From Candidatus Woesearchaeota archaeon (GTDB lineage Archaea; Nanobdellota; Nanobdellia; SCGC-AAA011-G17; JACPIM01): a DNA stretch of 58,758 nt. The stretch spans positions 1 through 58,758 of the forward strand of contig CAYWEX010000005.1 of assembly GCA_964457785.1 (NCBI GenBank). Reading direction: 5' to 3'. The position numbers and the translations under genes are program-made. Positions 25,470-36,013 of this stretch are shown here, piece by piece. The notes beneath the pieces are model-generated. The model ran no database searches. It saw only the letters and a list, made by a program, of their open reading frames with translations, and had not been told where the DNA came from. Positions within the stretch are counted from its first letter, which is position 1. The number at the start of each line of letters is the position of its first letter.

Positions 25470-27635
25470 ATGAGAATTAGTTTAAAAAAGAGCTTATTTA
25501 AAAAAATATTATTTCTTTTTATATTCATATTAATAATAAATTCTGTTTCTGCAGCTACTATTATTGATTTTTTTAGCGAGAAATTTTATCAATTTTACAA
25601 TAAGAATGATGGGAATTTAATTACTGGAAATGTAGTTGTAAATGGTGCCTTAACTATCCAGAAAAATGGAATTGGAAATATAAACTCAAATGTTCTTGGA
25701 ATGACTTGCGATAATGCTAGATGTATAGGAGATTTCAATCAAGATGTATTTGTTACATTAACTGTTACTTCAGATCAAACATCTACGTTTACGGGATGGA
25801 GCACTTCTTCAATTACATGCGCTCCAGGTAATTCAGATTGTTCCTGCAGCGGAACGCAAAGTCCATGTTTTATCCATTTCATATCAACCCCAATAACAAT
25901 ATCTGCTAATTTTCAAAATTCAAATGCTGGTGGTGGGTCTGGAGGAACAAATAATAATCTTAAGTTAGAGATAAAAAGAGGAACAAGTACACCACCAACA
26001 GAAATAGCTGAAACAAAAGAGTGTACAATTAGTAATACTAACTTAGAATGTATAAGCAACAATAATTGGGAAGATTTAGTTAATACAATTCATTCTGGTC
26101 GTGAGGTGAAGGCTTCTTTTATGCAGAGTGCTGGTGATTCATTTATAATTGAAAAATTATTTATTGGAAGTAATGAAATTAAAAATTGTGTTCAACAAAC
26201 TTTTTGTGCAATATCACCTTCTCTTAATAATCAAGGTTTAATAAAAGCCAAATTAGTATCAAGAAGCCCTGGTAGTGGAAGTACATCGACAATCCCAAAT
26301 CTTAAATTAGAAATAAAAAAGGGACAAAATTTTCCATTAACAGTTGTTGAAACAAAAGATTGTACAATTAGTAATAGTAATTTAGAATGTGTGAGTAATG
26401 GCAATTGGGAAACTATAAGTTCTGAGCAATTGCCTAATTATGAAGTGAAGGCTTCTTTTATGCAGAGTGCTGGTGATTCATTTATAATTGAAAAATTATT
26501 TATTGGAAGTAATGAAATTAAAAATTGTGTTCAACAAACTTTTTGTGCTGAAACACCACTTCTTCCCCCAACAAATACTGGAAAAGTAAAGGTTAAATTA
26601 TTACCTAGAAGTCCTAGTGGTTCTGGTGGTGGTGGGGCAACTCCTTGTAATGTCCCTGCTGATTATAATTGTGGTGCTTGTGGGATTAATGGAGTTAATA
26701 CATGTACAAAAAAACAAGGAATAACTTGTTTAGGCAGTGATCAAATAACGTGTGCAACAGGAACTGGAGGAGGAAATACTGGTGGAACGGGAATAGGTAC
26801 TGGAGGTACTGGATCTGGGACTGTTGGATCTGGAGACTGTATAAATTCATTACCTTCAGATAAACAAAATATTTTAGAAGGAATTATCAAATGCTGGGAA
26901 AAATATACTACTACCTGTTTAAATGTAATAGATCCTGTTACAAATAAAAAATGCAGTGATAAAAAATTTGGAGAGAAAAATATATGTAAAAGAGATTGCA
27001 GAGTTAGTATCAGAGATTGTTTAACAAAATGCAGAGAAGATTTTATAGAAAAATCAAGACTGGCAGGATCTTCTGGAACTGGATCTTCAGCTGGTGGTGG
27101 ATCAACAAGCGGATCTGGATCAGGTACTGGCGGTTCTGGAACAGGAACTGGTGTGACTGGGACTGGCGGCGGAAATACAGGAGCTGGAACTAGTACTGTT
27201 GAATTAATGGAAGCTGAAGATGCAACAAAAGTAAGGATAACAGAAAATAATCAAAATGACGGTTTTAGAATAGAACACTATACTTTTGAGGGTGCAACTT
27301 CTTTAAAAAATATTAATGAAAATGATATGTTTTCAATTTCTTATAATGTTCCACAAAATGGAAATTATGAATTAAAAGTAAGAACTTGGAGAGGCCTTTC
27401 TGGAACTCCCGAACTTATAGTAAAAGTAAATAATAATGAAGTTGGCAGAATAGGAATTGCACAAACACAAAATGGTGGATTGGGATTAAATTTTGCTGAA
27501 TATAAATTAAACAATATTGCTTTAAATCAAGGTGTTCAAAATATAGAATTAAAAGTAAATAGTGCGGGTTCATCAATACAGGGTGGATTTGGACTTTTTT
27601 TAATTGACTGGATTAAAATTACAAAGATTTCATAA
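25470..27635 (+). CDS. large secreted surface protein with Gly-rich linkers, duplicated Cys domain and C-terminal CBM6/35-like module
   Basis: signal peptide, B-repeat-like TLTVTSD..FTGW, 113-aa tandem repeat, MEAEDA..GNYELKVR..IDWIKI. Confidence 0.8.
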   Translation: MRISLKKSLFKKILFLFIFILIINSVSAATIIDFFSEKFYQFYNKNDGNLITGNVVVNGALTIQKNGIGNINSNVLGMTCDNARCIGDFNQDVFVTLTVTSDQTSTFTGWSTSSITCAPGNSDCSCSGTQSPCFIHFISTPITISANFQNSNAGGGSGGTNNNLKLEIKRGTSTPPTEIAETKECTISNTNLECISNNNWEDLVNTIHSGREVKASFMQSAGDSFIIEKLFIGSNEIKNCVQQTFCAISPSLNNQGLIKAKLVSRSPGSGSTSTIPNLKLEIKKGQNFPLTVVETKDCTISNSNLECVSNGNWETISSEQLPNYEVKASFMQSAGDSFIIEKLFIGSNEIKNCVQQTFCAETPLLPPTNTGKVKVKLLPRSPSGSGGGGATPCNVPADYNCGACGINGVNTCTKKQGITCLGSDQITCATGTGGGNTGGTGIGTGGTGSGTVGSGDCINSLPSDKQNILEGIIKCWEKYTTTCLNVIDPVTNKKCSDKKFGEKNICKRDCRVSIRDCLTKCREDFIEKSRLAGSSGTGSSAGGGSTSGSGSGTGGSGTGTGVTGTGGGNTGAGTSTVELMEAEDATKVRITENNQNDGFRIEHYTFEGATSLKNINENDMFSISYNVPQNGNYELKVRTWRGLSGTPELIVKVNNNEVGRIGIAQTQNGGLGLNFAEYKLNNIALNQGVQNIELKVNSAGSSIQGGFGLFLIDWIKITKIS
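26106..26548. repeat. 104-bp identical intragenic direct repeat
   Basis: 26106-26209 equals 26445-26548 (339-bp period). Confidence 0.9.
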
Positions 27636-27636
27636 A

Positions 27637-30600
27637 ATGAATTTAAAAATTAAAGAAAAAAAGAGAATTTTGATTTTATTATTTGTATTTATAATTTTAA
27701 TTAATGTTAATGCACAAACTGTTGGAACTCCTTTTAAAATAGTAATTTTCCCCGAAACTTTTCAGGCAGAAGATTATGATCTTGGTGGAGAGGGAGTTGG
27801 ATATCATGATATTGATAGTATAAACTTTGGAAGAACATCATATCGTCCAAATGATGGCGTAGATATAGAATTTGTAGATGGAAAATATAGTGTTGGTTGG
27901 GTAGGTAAAGATGAGTGGCTAAAATTCACATTTGATGTTCCATCAAATAAATTAGGCAATTATAAAATAGCTGCAAGAGTTGCTAAAGAAACAACAATAA
28001 CAACTGATTTAGCTTTAGAACTTGATGGGATTCCTAAAGGAAAAATTCGAGTTCCTATAACAGGAAGTTGGCAGACTTGGACAATAGCATCAAATGATGC
28101 AAATCAAAATCCTATTTTTATTGATATAACTAGCCCAGGAACACATGTATTAAAAGTAATTATGACTAGTCCAACAGTGGGTGGATCTGGTGCAGCTTTA
28201 TTAAATTTTGACTGGATTAGTTTTCAAATTCCAACACAGAGCTATAATTTTGTGGGTTGTTATAATGATGATGATAATCCCCCTACTAGACCAAGAGCTA
28301 TGACGTGGATAAATCAAGGACAATCTTACACTATTGAGGGTTGTTATACTGAAGCACTAACAAGAGGTTTTACTTATTTTGCCATGCAATATCCCCAAGA
28401 TAATCCAAATCCTAATGATGCCCAATGCTTTGGTTCAAATGGGGGTTATGATAGATACGGAGCAGTTACTTGCACTAGTAGAATTAATAGTGCTGGACAA
28501 ATAATGGGTGATGGCTGGCAGAATGCAGTTTATCAAATAGTAAATCCAAATTCTCAATATCAATTAACAGTTACAAAAGTTGAAAGTAGTGGTTCATCTC
28601 CAGGAAATACAATAACAGCAAGCCCTCCATTTGGATTAACTGATTGTGCGGGAAATACATGTACTAAAAGATTTAGTCCTGGAACTTCTGTAACTTTAAC
28701 TGCGAGTCCTGATCAAACTTCTGTACCAAGATTTAAATTTGATGGGTGGTTGAGTAATGGACAACCAATAACTGGATGCACTGGTACTGTCGGAAGTCCT
28801 CCTCTTTCATGTCCTATTGTTATGAATTCTGATAAACAGATAAGTGGTAGTTTTAGTTTAGCGCCTTTAGAACAATTTAATATTGCGGTTGCAAGTACTG
28901 GGTCTGGAACTATTAATTCAAATGTTGGATTTAATGGAATAAATTGTGGTAGTGGTGGAACTGATTGTGGAGAGACAAATATTAATGAGGGAACTTCTGT
29001 AACTTTAACTGCTGTAAAAGGACCTGGTGCTGATTTTACTGGATGGAGTGGTGGAGCTTGTACAGGATCATTATTAACATGTACTTTTATTGTAAATCAA
29101 AATAATTGTCCTACTCTTGCAAGCGGAACATCAAATAATAAAATTTGTAATATAGGTGCAAGTTTTAGTACGCCAGTAAGCAGATTTTTATCAGTAAATA
29201 TTAATCCTACTGATGGAAGCGGGGGTGGAGTATTGTCTAAAAATCCTGATGGAAGTAATTCTCTTGAAATTATTTGTGCAAGTCCTGCATTTGATTGTCA
29301 AGAAAATTATAATAACCAGGTTTCTGTTATTTTAAGAGCCCAGCCTGCAAGTACTTCTTTCTTTACTGGATGGACTGGGGCTTGTGCTGGAACAGCTCAG
29401 GATTGTACTGTAACTATGAGCATTAGTCAAAATGTTGGAGCCACATTTTCTCCTAAGGCTAAGTTAATTGTCAACAAAGTAAGTGCAACAGGAACTACTG
29501 GATCTGGAAGTATAAGTTCAAGTCCACTTGGGTTAACTTGTCCGAGCACTGGAAATACATGTGATGGTGATTTTGCTTCTGGAAGTCCTGTTACATTAAC
29601 AGCAAGTCCTGACAGCACGTCAAGTTTTATTGGATGGACTGGAGATCCTGCATGTGCTGGAACTTCAATTACATGTATAGTAATTGTAACTCCTGGAAAA
29701 ATAATGACTGCTACATTTGGAGCGTTTTCAGCTGGAGGAGGAGGAACTGGTGGAACAACAAGTACAATATCTTCTGTTGTGATTAAATCATTTAACAATA
29801 ATTTATTCAATAAATATGTAACAGCAACAAACGAATTTACAGTTCCAATTTATGCAAATAAAGATACTCAAGGAAATTTTGAGACATTTAATATTCATGA
29901 TTTAAATGGCGGAAGTTTAACAAGTGGAGATCAAGTTAGTATTGAAACTTATGATAGAAAATTTTTTACAAGCGCCCCTAGTGGTGGGACTTTGGCTGTA
30001 ACAAAAACAGCTACAACTTTAGCAACAGCTGACAAATTAGTTATTAGAAAAATAACTGGTACAGGAACTATTAATAGGGGAGATATAATTTCATTCCAAC
30101 ATACAAGTACTAATAAGTTTATGGTTGCAGAAGGTGGGGGAGGTGGAGTTGTAAATATAAACAGAGATGCTGTTGGAGACTGGGAAAAATTCAAAGTAGA
30201 AATTTTATCAAGTGCAGTTAGTGGTGGAACTTTATCAGTAAGTACAACTGGGCCTGGAGTTGTAAAAACTTTAAATGATTTAACTCAAATAAATTGTGGA
30301 GAAACATATTTACTAGGAAGACCTGACAGAAGATTTACAATTTGTACACATACATATTCTTCTCCAACAAATGTGGTATTAACAGCAGAATTTTCTGATT
30401 TTGGAAATACTTTTTTAGGATGGGGTGGAGATTGTTCTGGAACAAGCACAACATGCAATTTAAATTTAGGAGGAAGCAAAACTGTTTCTGCCAGATTTGG
30501 ACCTGCTGGAACTGGTGGGGGAACTGGAGGAGTTAGCAGTTTAGGTTTGCAATGGTCTGAAAATGGGCCAATTGCTGGAAAAACCTGTGTAAGAATAGAT

Positions 30601-32103
30601 GAACCTAATGAAGTTGTAGGATCTGGATGGAAAGATGATTCTCCGAATTATCTATGCAGCACTAATGATATTGGATTAACATGGAAAAATGACGGGCAAA
30701 TTAATGGAATGTACTGTATAAATATTAAAGATAAATTAAAATCAGGAAGCAGCGGTTGGGGTAATAATTTCTTATGCACTCAATATGATATTGGATTAAG
30801 ATGGTATGATGGTCCTCCAGCACCACAATCAATTGCAAATTGTATAGCAATTACTGAAGCTCAAGATCTTGGATGGAAAGATAATTATATTTGCGTAGAA
30901 CAAAGTACAGAAGGATGCAGTGAGGAAGAAACATTATTTAGATTTAAATCTTATACAAATTCACATGCTGCTTTATATGACAAAACAAATTATCCTTTGA
31001 AAGCTTGTGTAAAAGATACCGGAGCAGTATTAATTGACAGGACATGCACAGCTTCAAATGAGATAATAAGATTAAGCAGTGCTGAAAATGCTCATGTTCA
31101 GACAACAGGCACTTATCCTGAAAAAATTTGTTCTGATAATTTAGAATGTTCTTATAAAACAAATTGCGATTCTGATGAATCTTGTATTGTTTCTCTTTCA
31201 AGCGAAGACAATGCACATGTTGCATTATGCAGTGATAGTTTGTATACTAAAAAACTTTGCTGCAAAAGTTCTGGATGTACAATAAGCAGCTGTGGAAGTG
31301 CAATATGCAGAGAGGATGGAAGAACTTCTTGTGAGACTAATGCTGAAACAGGAACTGCAACTGGATGCACTTGGATTGGTGATAAAGAGGCAGATGGAAC
31401 AGAAAGTGATACAGATGGGGGATGCTGCCAGCCTGGAAAAATTTATGATAAAAGAAGCGGGGCTTGTATTTATGATCCATTTGGAAACAAAATTACATTA
31501 AGAGTTGGGGAAGTTGAAGAATTTATTTTTAGAAATGAATTACATGCATTAAGCTTTGATGGATTTTTAGATACACAAACTGCTATTATTACTGTAAGTT
31601 CATTGCCTGAAACCAAGACTTTGAAAGTAAATGATGTAGCTGAATCTAATTTAGATGAAGATGCCAGTAATGTAAATGATTTTAGAGTAAGACTAGATTC
31701 TATTGAAAGCCAAGGAACAACAACATTTAATCCTTTAACTGGAAGAGCTACTTTTACTTATATTTTGGGAGACAATGGATTGTGTCAAGGAAGTAATGGT
31801 TGTACTGGAAATAATCCTGCTAATAGTATTTGTAATTATGGTCCTGCTTATTGTACTATTGGAACTGAATGCAACTGGTTTAAACCAAATACATTAGGAA
31901 ATCAAGGTGGATGCTGTCCTCGAGGACAAAGATGGAACGCTAATGCTCCAGGTGGCGGTAAATGTGAAGATAATGCTGATCCAGTATGCTTATTTTTCCC
32001 TCCAGATCCAAGAGCTTATGTTAATTTACCATTACCTTATGAACAAGCATGCTGCCAAGTTTCAACAACTTATGGATTTTTAGATCCTGTTACAACTTAT
32101 TAA
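27637..32103 (+). CDS. giant multidomain adhesin-like surface protein (CBM6, WSC-like, InlB-B-like repeats, fascin-like, Cys-rich C-terminus)
   Basis: FQAEDYDLGGEGVGYHD, FVGCYND..YFAMQY..QCF, repeated VTLTA..FTGW.GAC, AEGGGGG.VNINRDAVGDWEKF; start set at ATG 27637. Confidence 0.82.
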   Translation: MNLKIKEKKRILILLFVFIILINVNAQTVGTPFKIVIFPETFQAEDYDLGGEGVGYHDIDSINFGRTSYRPNDGVDIEFVDGKYSVGWVGKDEWLKFTFDVPSNKLGNYKIAARVAKETTITTDLALELDGIPKGKIRVPITGSWQTWTIASNDANQNPIFIDITSPGTHVLKVIMTSPTVGGSGAALLNFDWISFQIPTQSYNFVGCYNDDDNPPTRPRAMTWINQGQSYTIEGCYTEALTRGFTYFAMQYPQDNPNPNDAQCFGSNGGYDRYGAVTCTSRINSAGQIMGDGWQNAVYQIVNPNSQYQLTVTKVESSGSSPGNTITASPPFGLTDCAGNTCTKRFSPGTSVTLTASPDQTSVPRFKFDGWLSNGQPITGCTGTVGSPPLSCPIVMNSDKQISGSFSLAPLEQFNIAVASTGSGTINSNVGFNGINCGSGGTDCGETNINEGTSVTLTAVKGPGADFTGWSGGACTGSLLTCTFIVNQNNCPTLASGTSNNKICNIGASFSTPVSRFLSVNINPTDGSGGGVLSKNPDGSNSLEIICASPAFDCQENYNNQVSVILRAQPASTSFFTGWTGACAGTAQDCTVTMSISQNVGATFSPKAKLIVNKVSATGTTGSGSISSSPLGLTCPSTGNTCDGDFASGSPVTLTASPDSTSSFIGWTGDPACAGTSITCIVIVTPGKIMTATFGAFSAGGGGTGGTTSTISSVVIKSFNNNLFNKYVTATNEFTVPIYANKDTQGNFETFNIHDLNGGSLTSGDQVSIETYDRKFFTSAPSGGTLAVTKTATTLATADKLVIRKITGTGTINRGDIISFQHTSTNKFMVAEGGGGGVVNINRDAVGDWEKFKVEILSSAVSGGTLSVSTTGPGVVKTLNDLTQINCGETYLLGRPDRRFTICTHTYSSPTNVVLTAEFSDFGNTFLGWGGDCSGTSTTCNLNLGGSKTVSARFGPAGTGGGTGGVSSLGLQWSENGPIAGKTCVRIDEPNEVVGSGWKDDSPNYLCSTNDIGLTWKNDGQINGMYCINIKDKLKSGSSGWGNNFLCTQYDIGLRWYDGPPAPQSIANCIAITEAQDLGWKDNYICVEQSTEGCSEEETLFRFKSYTNSHAALYDKTNYPLKACVKDTGAVLIDRTCTASNEIIRLSSAENAHVQTTGTYPEKICSDNLECSYKTNCDSDESCIVSLSSEDNAHVALCSDSLYTKKLCCKSSGCTISSCGSAICREDGRTSCETNAETGTATGCTWIGDKEADGTESDTDGGCCQPGKIYDKRSGACIYDPFGNKITLRVGEVEEFIFRNELHALSFDGFLDTQTAIITVSSLPETKTLKVNDVAESNLDEDASNVNDFRVRLDSIESQGTTTFNPLTGRATFTYILGDNGLCQGSNGCTGNNPANSICNYGPAYCTIGTECNWFKPNTLGNQGGCCPRGQRWNANAPGGGKCEDNADPVCLFFPPDPRAYVNLPLPYEQACCQVSTTYGFLDPVTTY

Positions 32104-32131
32104 ATTTTTAGAATCAGCACTAAAGAAAAAG

Positions 32132-32157
32132 AAGAACCACGGTTCTTATCATCTCCT
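32132..32157. repeat. palindromic repeat module
   Basis: AAGAACC-AC-GGTTCTTATCATCTCCT. Confidence 0.8.
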
Positions 32158-32205
32158 GAAAAGTTTAATCCAAAAATACTTAAATTACTATTAGGTTTCT
32201 AATTT

Positions 32206-32760
32206 ATGCTTTCAGATAATGATAAAAAGAAATTAAAAGATATCAAAAAAGGCCTTAAATCTATTGAAGCAAATCTGGATAATTTGGGTTTTGTTTACAA
32301 GGTTGCTAGTAATTTATTTAGAATTTCAGATAACTTAGAAGATAATAATCTAAAATCAAATATAAAATGTGAATTAACAAAAATTACTCAAACACAATAT
32401 AAGGAAGAAATTCAACAAAAAGTGCTATCTATTTTTACCTTAATTTCAGAAGCAGAGAAAATGCAAAATATAAAGAGATATTTTCAAAATCCTTCTATAA
32501 AGAAAACTGAAGAATATGAAGAAGATTGTAAAAGCCATTCTAATTTAAAAAAGAATATTGAAGAATTAGAAAAAAAGATAATAAAGTCAGAAACTTATCA
32601 AGAAAATCTTCATGAAAAAATGAAACAGGGAGTAAGATGGAAAGATCATCTTCATGCACGATTAACAGGTAATTTAAGACTGATGTATATTTGGGATCCA
32701 GAAACAAAATTACTTACATTTAAAGGAATTATTACTAAAAATGAATTAGAAAAAGATTAG
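32206..32760 (+). CDS. protein B2: helical N-domain plus RelE/ParE-like C-domain
   Basis: MLSDNDKK start; HARLTGNLRLMYIWD..LTFKGIITKNEL; paralog of 17528-18067. Confidence 0.65.
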   Translation: MLSDNDKKKLKDIKKGLKSIEANLDNLGFVYKVASNLFRISDNLEDNNLKSNIKCELTKITQTQYKEEIQQKVLSIFTLISEAEKMQNIKRYFQNPSIKKTEEYEEDCKSHSNLKKNIEELEKKIIKSETYQENLHEKMKQGVRWKDHLHARLTGNLRLMYIWDPETKLLTFKGIITKNELEKD

Positions 32761-33278
32761 TGCTTTTTTACAGTATACCTTATAGATTCTCTTATAAATA
32801 GATATATTTCATTAAAACTTGGAATTTTTATGTGTGTTGAAACAACAGTATTTTTCTCATCTGCTTGAGACCACAAATCTCTTCTAATTAAAGTATGTGC
32901 GATTTGTAAATCTAGAGTTCTTAAGAAATCCATACTTTCTTCAAAGTAGGCTCTTCTTATTGTATAGTCAAGTGTTGGCTGTGATTCTTTTAACTCATTT
33001 CTAAAAGAAAATTCTTCATCCCCTTCAAAGCTAAGTATTTCAGCATCTTTTGGGTCTTCATCTGTTTCTTTCTTCCAAAAATCATATTCGACTTTATAAT
33101 GCCAGCCATCAAATTTAGCATGTTTTCTTTCACCATAAACTTCTTTCTTTCTATATCTAGCTAATTTATGAAAAATATCTTCTAATTTTAACATAGATTT
33201 TGGATCAACTTTTTCCATTCTTCTATTTAATCCATTAGAACTATTAATACTTTTGATAGGACTTAGTTTAATTTTCAT
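32757..33278 (-). CDS. orphan protein A2 (paralog of 17012-17527)
   Basis: same conserved blocks as A1; 4-bp stop overlap with B2. Confidence 0.85.
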   Translation of the reverse strand: MKIKLSPIKSINSSNGLNRRMEKVDPKSMLKLEDIFHKLARYRKKEVYGERKHAKFDGWHYKVEYDFWKKETDEDPKDAEILSFEGDEEFSFRNELKESQPTLDYTIRRAYFEESMDFLRTLDLQIAHTLIRRDLWSQADEKNTVVSTHIKIPSFNEIYLFIRESIRYTVKKH

Positions 33279-33342
33279 AGTAACCCTACCTTAACTATTA
33301 TTTATAAGCCTTTCTTTTTTAACTACTGTTAAAGCATTACAA

Positions 33343-34671
33343 TTATCTTATTCTGTATGCGTCTGGATTAGCATCACGAATTCCATTTACGGATTTATTT
33401 CCGGGTGGTCTTTTATATAATATTTTTCCCAGATCTAAATCTTTTTGTTCGAGATAGTCTATAGTTTGAGGATCATCAAATATAGAAGTTGCAGGATAAA
33501 AAGAAGTTAGAAATTGCTGTATATCACTTCTTGCACCAAAAGATTGAGTAATTTCTTGTCTATAAACATATAATAGCTGGCTTCCAGTTAAGCCTGTTTT
33601 CATTCTAGCATAAGCCCCAATAATTTCATTTCCATTAAGAGTTTCTGCATGTCCACCCAAACCACCTGTTGCATCGTCCCAATAAATTTCTATAATTCCT
33701 TGAGTCCCAATAGGAAGGCTTGTGCCTCTTGTAATTTGAATATTCGCATTTGTAAATCTATTATTAAATCTTGGAATATCATTTATTAAAATATTCTCAA
33801 CTAATCCTACTTCAGTTGATAGATCGGCGAATGGTCCATTCTTTCCTGTTGGCTCTCTATTTGCACCCATTCCAGTTCCAGTATAAATATAAATTTGAGG
33901 AACAGTTAACCATTTTTGAGTTTGACTTCCATTTCCGGGATTTCTTGCTATTTCATCAAAAAAATCCATGTTAAATGAATTTGGAATTAATTCAAAATTA
34001 ACATTAACTTCATCCCTAATAAGATTAATTAATCCAGCCCTATGTTTAATATATCCACCTGAAAGATCTTCTAAAGTAACTCTATAAAATTTATTATTAG
34101 GTATTCTTGAAAATTCATAAGTTCCGTCTGGTCTTGTTGCTGTCTGAAATGGTAATGTTGATAAGGGATTTCCGAACTGGTCTGTTTCTTCTAAAAGAAC
34201 ATTTATTCCTGATAATTTTTTATTTTCATCAAGAATATCATTTACAGTTCCTGTAATTTTATCTAATGTATTTATTACTGACAAATTTAAGTTTTTACTG
34301 GTTACATCTTTAGCATCTGAAACTTGTATTATTACTGGATGATTTCCAAAAACAGGATTATTCCATGAAATATTTTTTCCAGAATTTGTCATTCCATTTG
34401 GTCCTGAAACAGAATAAGTTAAAGAATCATTATCAAGATCAGAAGCATCAATTGAAGTAGTGTATTGTTCTCCTTCTTCTGCTGAAGGCAATGAACTTGT
34501 ATTTATTTTAGGTGGATTATTTGTTTGTTGTGGAGGACTACTTCCACCTCCATTTTTACAACCTGTTAAATAAGAAGGCAAGAATAAACTTCCAGCTGCT
34601 ACAAAACCAATTTTAAATAAATCTCTTCTAGATAAATTTTCTCTGTCTGTTATTTTTTCTAAACCTGACAT
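33343..34671 (-). CDS. putative Tat-type lipoprotein with cadherin/Ig-like, CarboxypepD_reg-like and DUF2927-like regions
   Basis: SRRDLFK, LTGC lipobox-like, DASDLDNDSLTYSV, RQEITQSFG. Confidence 0.65.
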   Translation of the reverse strand: MSGLEKITDRENLSRRDLFKIGFVAAGSLFLPSYLTGCKNGGGSSPPQQTNNPPKINTSSLPSAEEGEQYTTSIDASDLDNDSLTYSVSGPNGMTNSGKNISWNNPVFGNHPVIIQVSDAKDVTSKNLNLSVINTLDKITGTVNDILDENKKLSGINVLLEETDQFGNPLSTLPFQTATRPDGTYEFSRIPNNKFYRVTLEDLSGGYIKHRAGLINLIRDEVNVNFELIPNSFNMDFFDEIARNPGNGSQTQKWLTVPQIYIYTGTGMGANREPTGKNGPFADLSTEVGLVENILINDIPRFNNRFTNANIQITRGTSLPIGTQGIIEIYWDDATGGLGGHAETLNGNEIIGAYARMKTGLTGSQLLYVYRQEITQSFGARSDIQQFLTSFYPATSIFDDPQTIDYLEQKDLDLGKILYKRPPGNKSVNGIRDANPDAYRIR

Positions 34672-34795
34672 TTTATTCTTTAAAGTGAATTTTGGATTTA
34701 AATCTTGTGTTATTTTGATTTATAAATTTTATGATATATTACTATTTAGTGGTTAAAATAGAAAGGCTTATAAATATAATATTTAATCCAAAGTT

Positions 34796-35320
34796 ATGCT
34801 AAAAACATATAAGTCTAATGAACCTATTATAGCTATGGAAAAGCTAGAAGAATTACCTTTAATTGTAGAACAAAAAAGATTTTTAGAATATTTACTAAAT
34901 CCTAATAGGATAGAAGAATTACATTATTTAGATCCTAAAAGTTATCTAGAAGGAGAACCGGAAGAATTTAAAGAAAGAGTTTCCTTTTTGTGTTTAAGGG
35001 GCTTAAGAGAAGGTCTTTTAGATTTATTAGAAATAAATAGGTTTTCAGACTTATCAAAAATAGCTTATTCAGAGGAATATGCAGAAAAGAAATATGATCC
35101 TGTTAAAATGAAGATGGTAAAAACTGAAAAAGAAATTGATCCTATTGAAGAAAGAATTAAAAGAAGGCTAATTGAAGATGAATTAGTTAAAAAATATCTC
35201 TCTTGGAATGGTTCTCAAGAATTATTTGAATCAAATTGTAAAGATATAGCTTCTGGAGTATCAACTCATTATGCGTATTTAACTAGAGAAAAGGAACTTA
35301 AATTAAGAGGAATCATATAA
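34796..35320 (+). CDS. hypothetical protein
   Basis: 174-aa ORF with upstream TATA-like CTTATAAA. Confidence 0.7.
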   Translation: MLKTYKSNEPIIAMEKLEELPLIVEQKRFLEYLLNPNRIEELHYLDPKSYLEGEPEEFKERVSFLCLRGLREGLLDLLEINRFSDLSKIAYSEEYAEKKYDPVKMKMVKTEKEIDPIEERIKRRLIEDELVKKYLSWNGSQELFESNCKDIASGVSTHYAYLTREKELKLRGII

Positions 35321-35885
35321 CATCTGTATGTCCAATTAACCACATTTCTTTTACAAACTTTTTATTTTGAATTGAAGAATTATAAATGCTTTTGATTTTT
35401 TCATATTCTTTTTCTGAAATAATCTTTTTATTATAGAGCTCGTCTAAATCTTTTATTTTTACATTATCATCAATATCACGAAACCTAATAAACCCATCCC
35501 TGGATTTTTCATTAAAATCAAAAAAACTTTTTACTTTGTAATTGACTATAGATATTTTGTTGATTATGCTTTTATCATCTCTGAGGTAATTATTTTTATT
35601 TTCAAGAATTTTTTCGATAATCTTTCTTATAATCTCCTTTTCAGGAATATTTACTTCATCTTCTACAATTATTGTAAATTCTTTATTATCATTAGGTGTT
35701 TTTTGACAATGTTTTTTATAAAATTCTCGAAAATCATTTTCTGTATAGATTATAATTAGCTTTCCTTTTCTATTTTTTATTAAATTTTTAAGAGCTAGTT
35801 CTTTTATCTTATCTTTATCGTCTACTACTTGAAAATTATCTGTTCTTACAAATAAATTATCAATTTCTCTCTGCACAAAACCCAT
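35313..35885 (-). CDS. hypothetical protein
   Basis: 190-aa ORF, 8-bp convergent overlap with the previous gene. Confidence 0.65.
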   Translation of the reverse strand: MGFVQREIDNLFVRTDNFQVVDDKDKIKELALKNLIKNRKGKLIIIYTENDFREFYKKHCQKTPNDNKEFTIIVEDEVNIPEKEIIRKIIEKILENKNNYLRDDKSIINKISIVNYKVKSFFDFNEKSRDGFIRFRDIDDNVKIKDLDELYNKKIISEKEYEKIKSIYNSSIQNKKFVKEMWLIGHTDVI

Positions 35886-36013
35886 AATAACTCCAAATTA
35901 AAAGATAATATAAATCTTGTTCTAATTTATTTTATTGGGTTGTTCAGTTGTTTTTTGATTAAACTTTTTTCCAATAATTCTTTATTCATTTTTAATCAAC
36001 ATAATTTAATTAA

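Noticed and set aside
25960-26548. Diversity-generating retroelement TR/VR pair
   Set aside because: Differences between units are not adenine-specific, the second halves are identical, both units are in-frame coding, and no reverse transcriptase is in the window.
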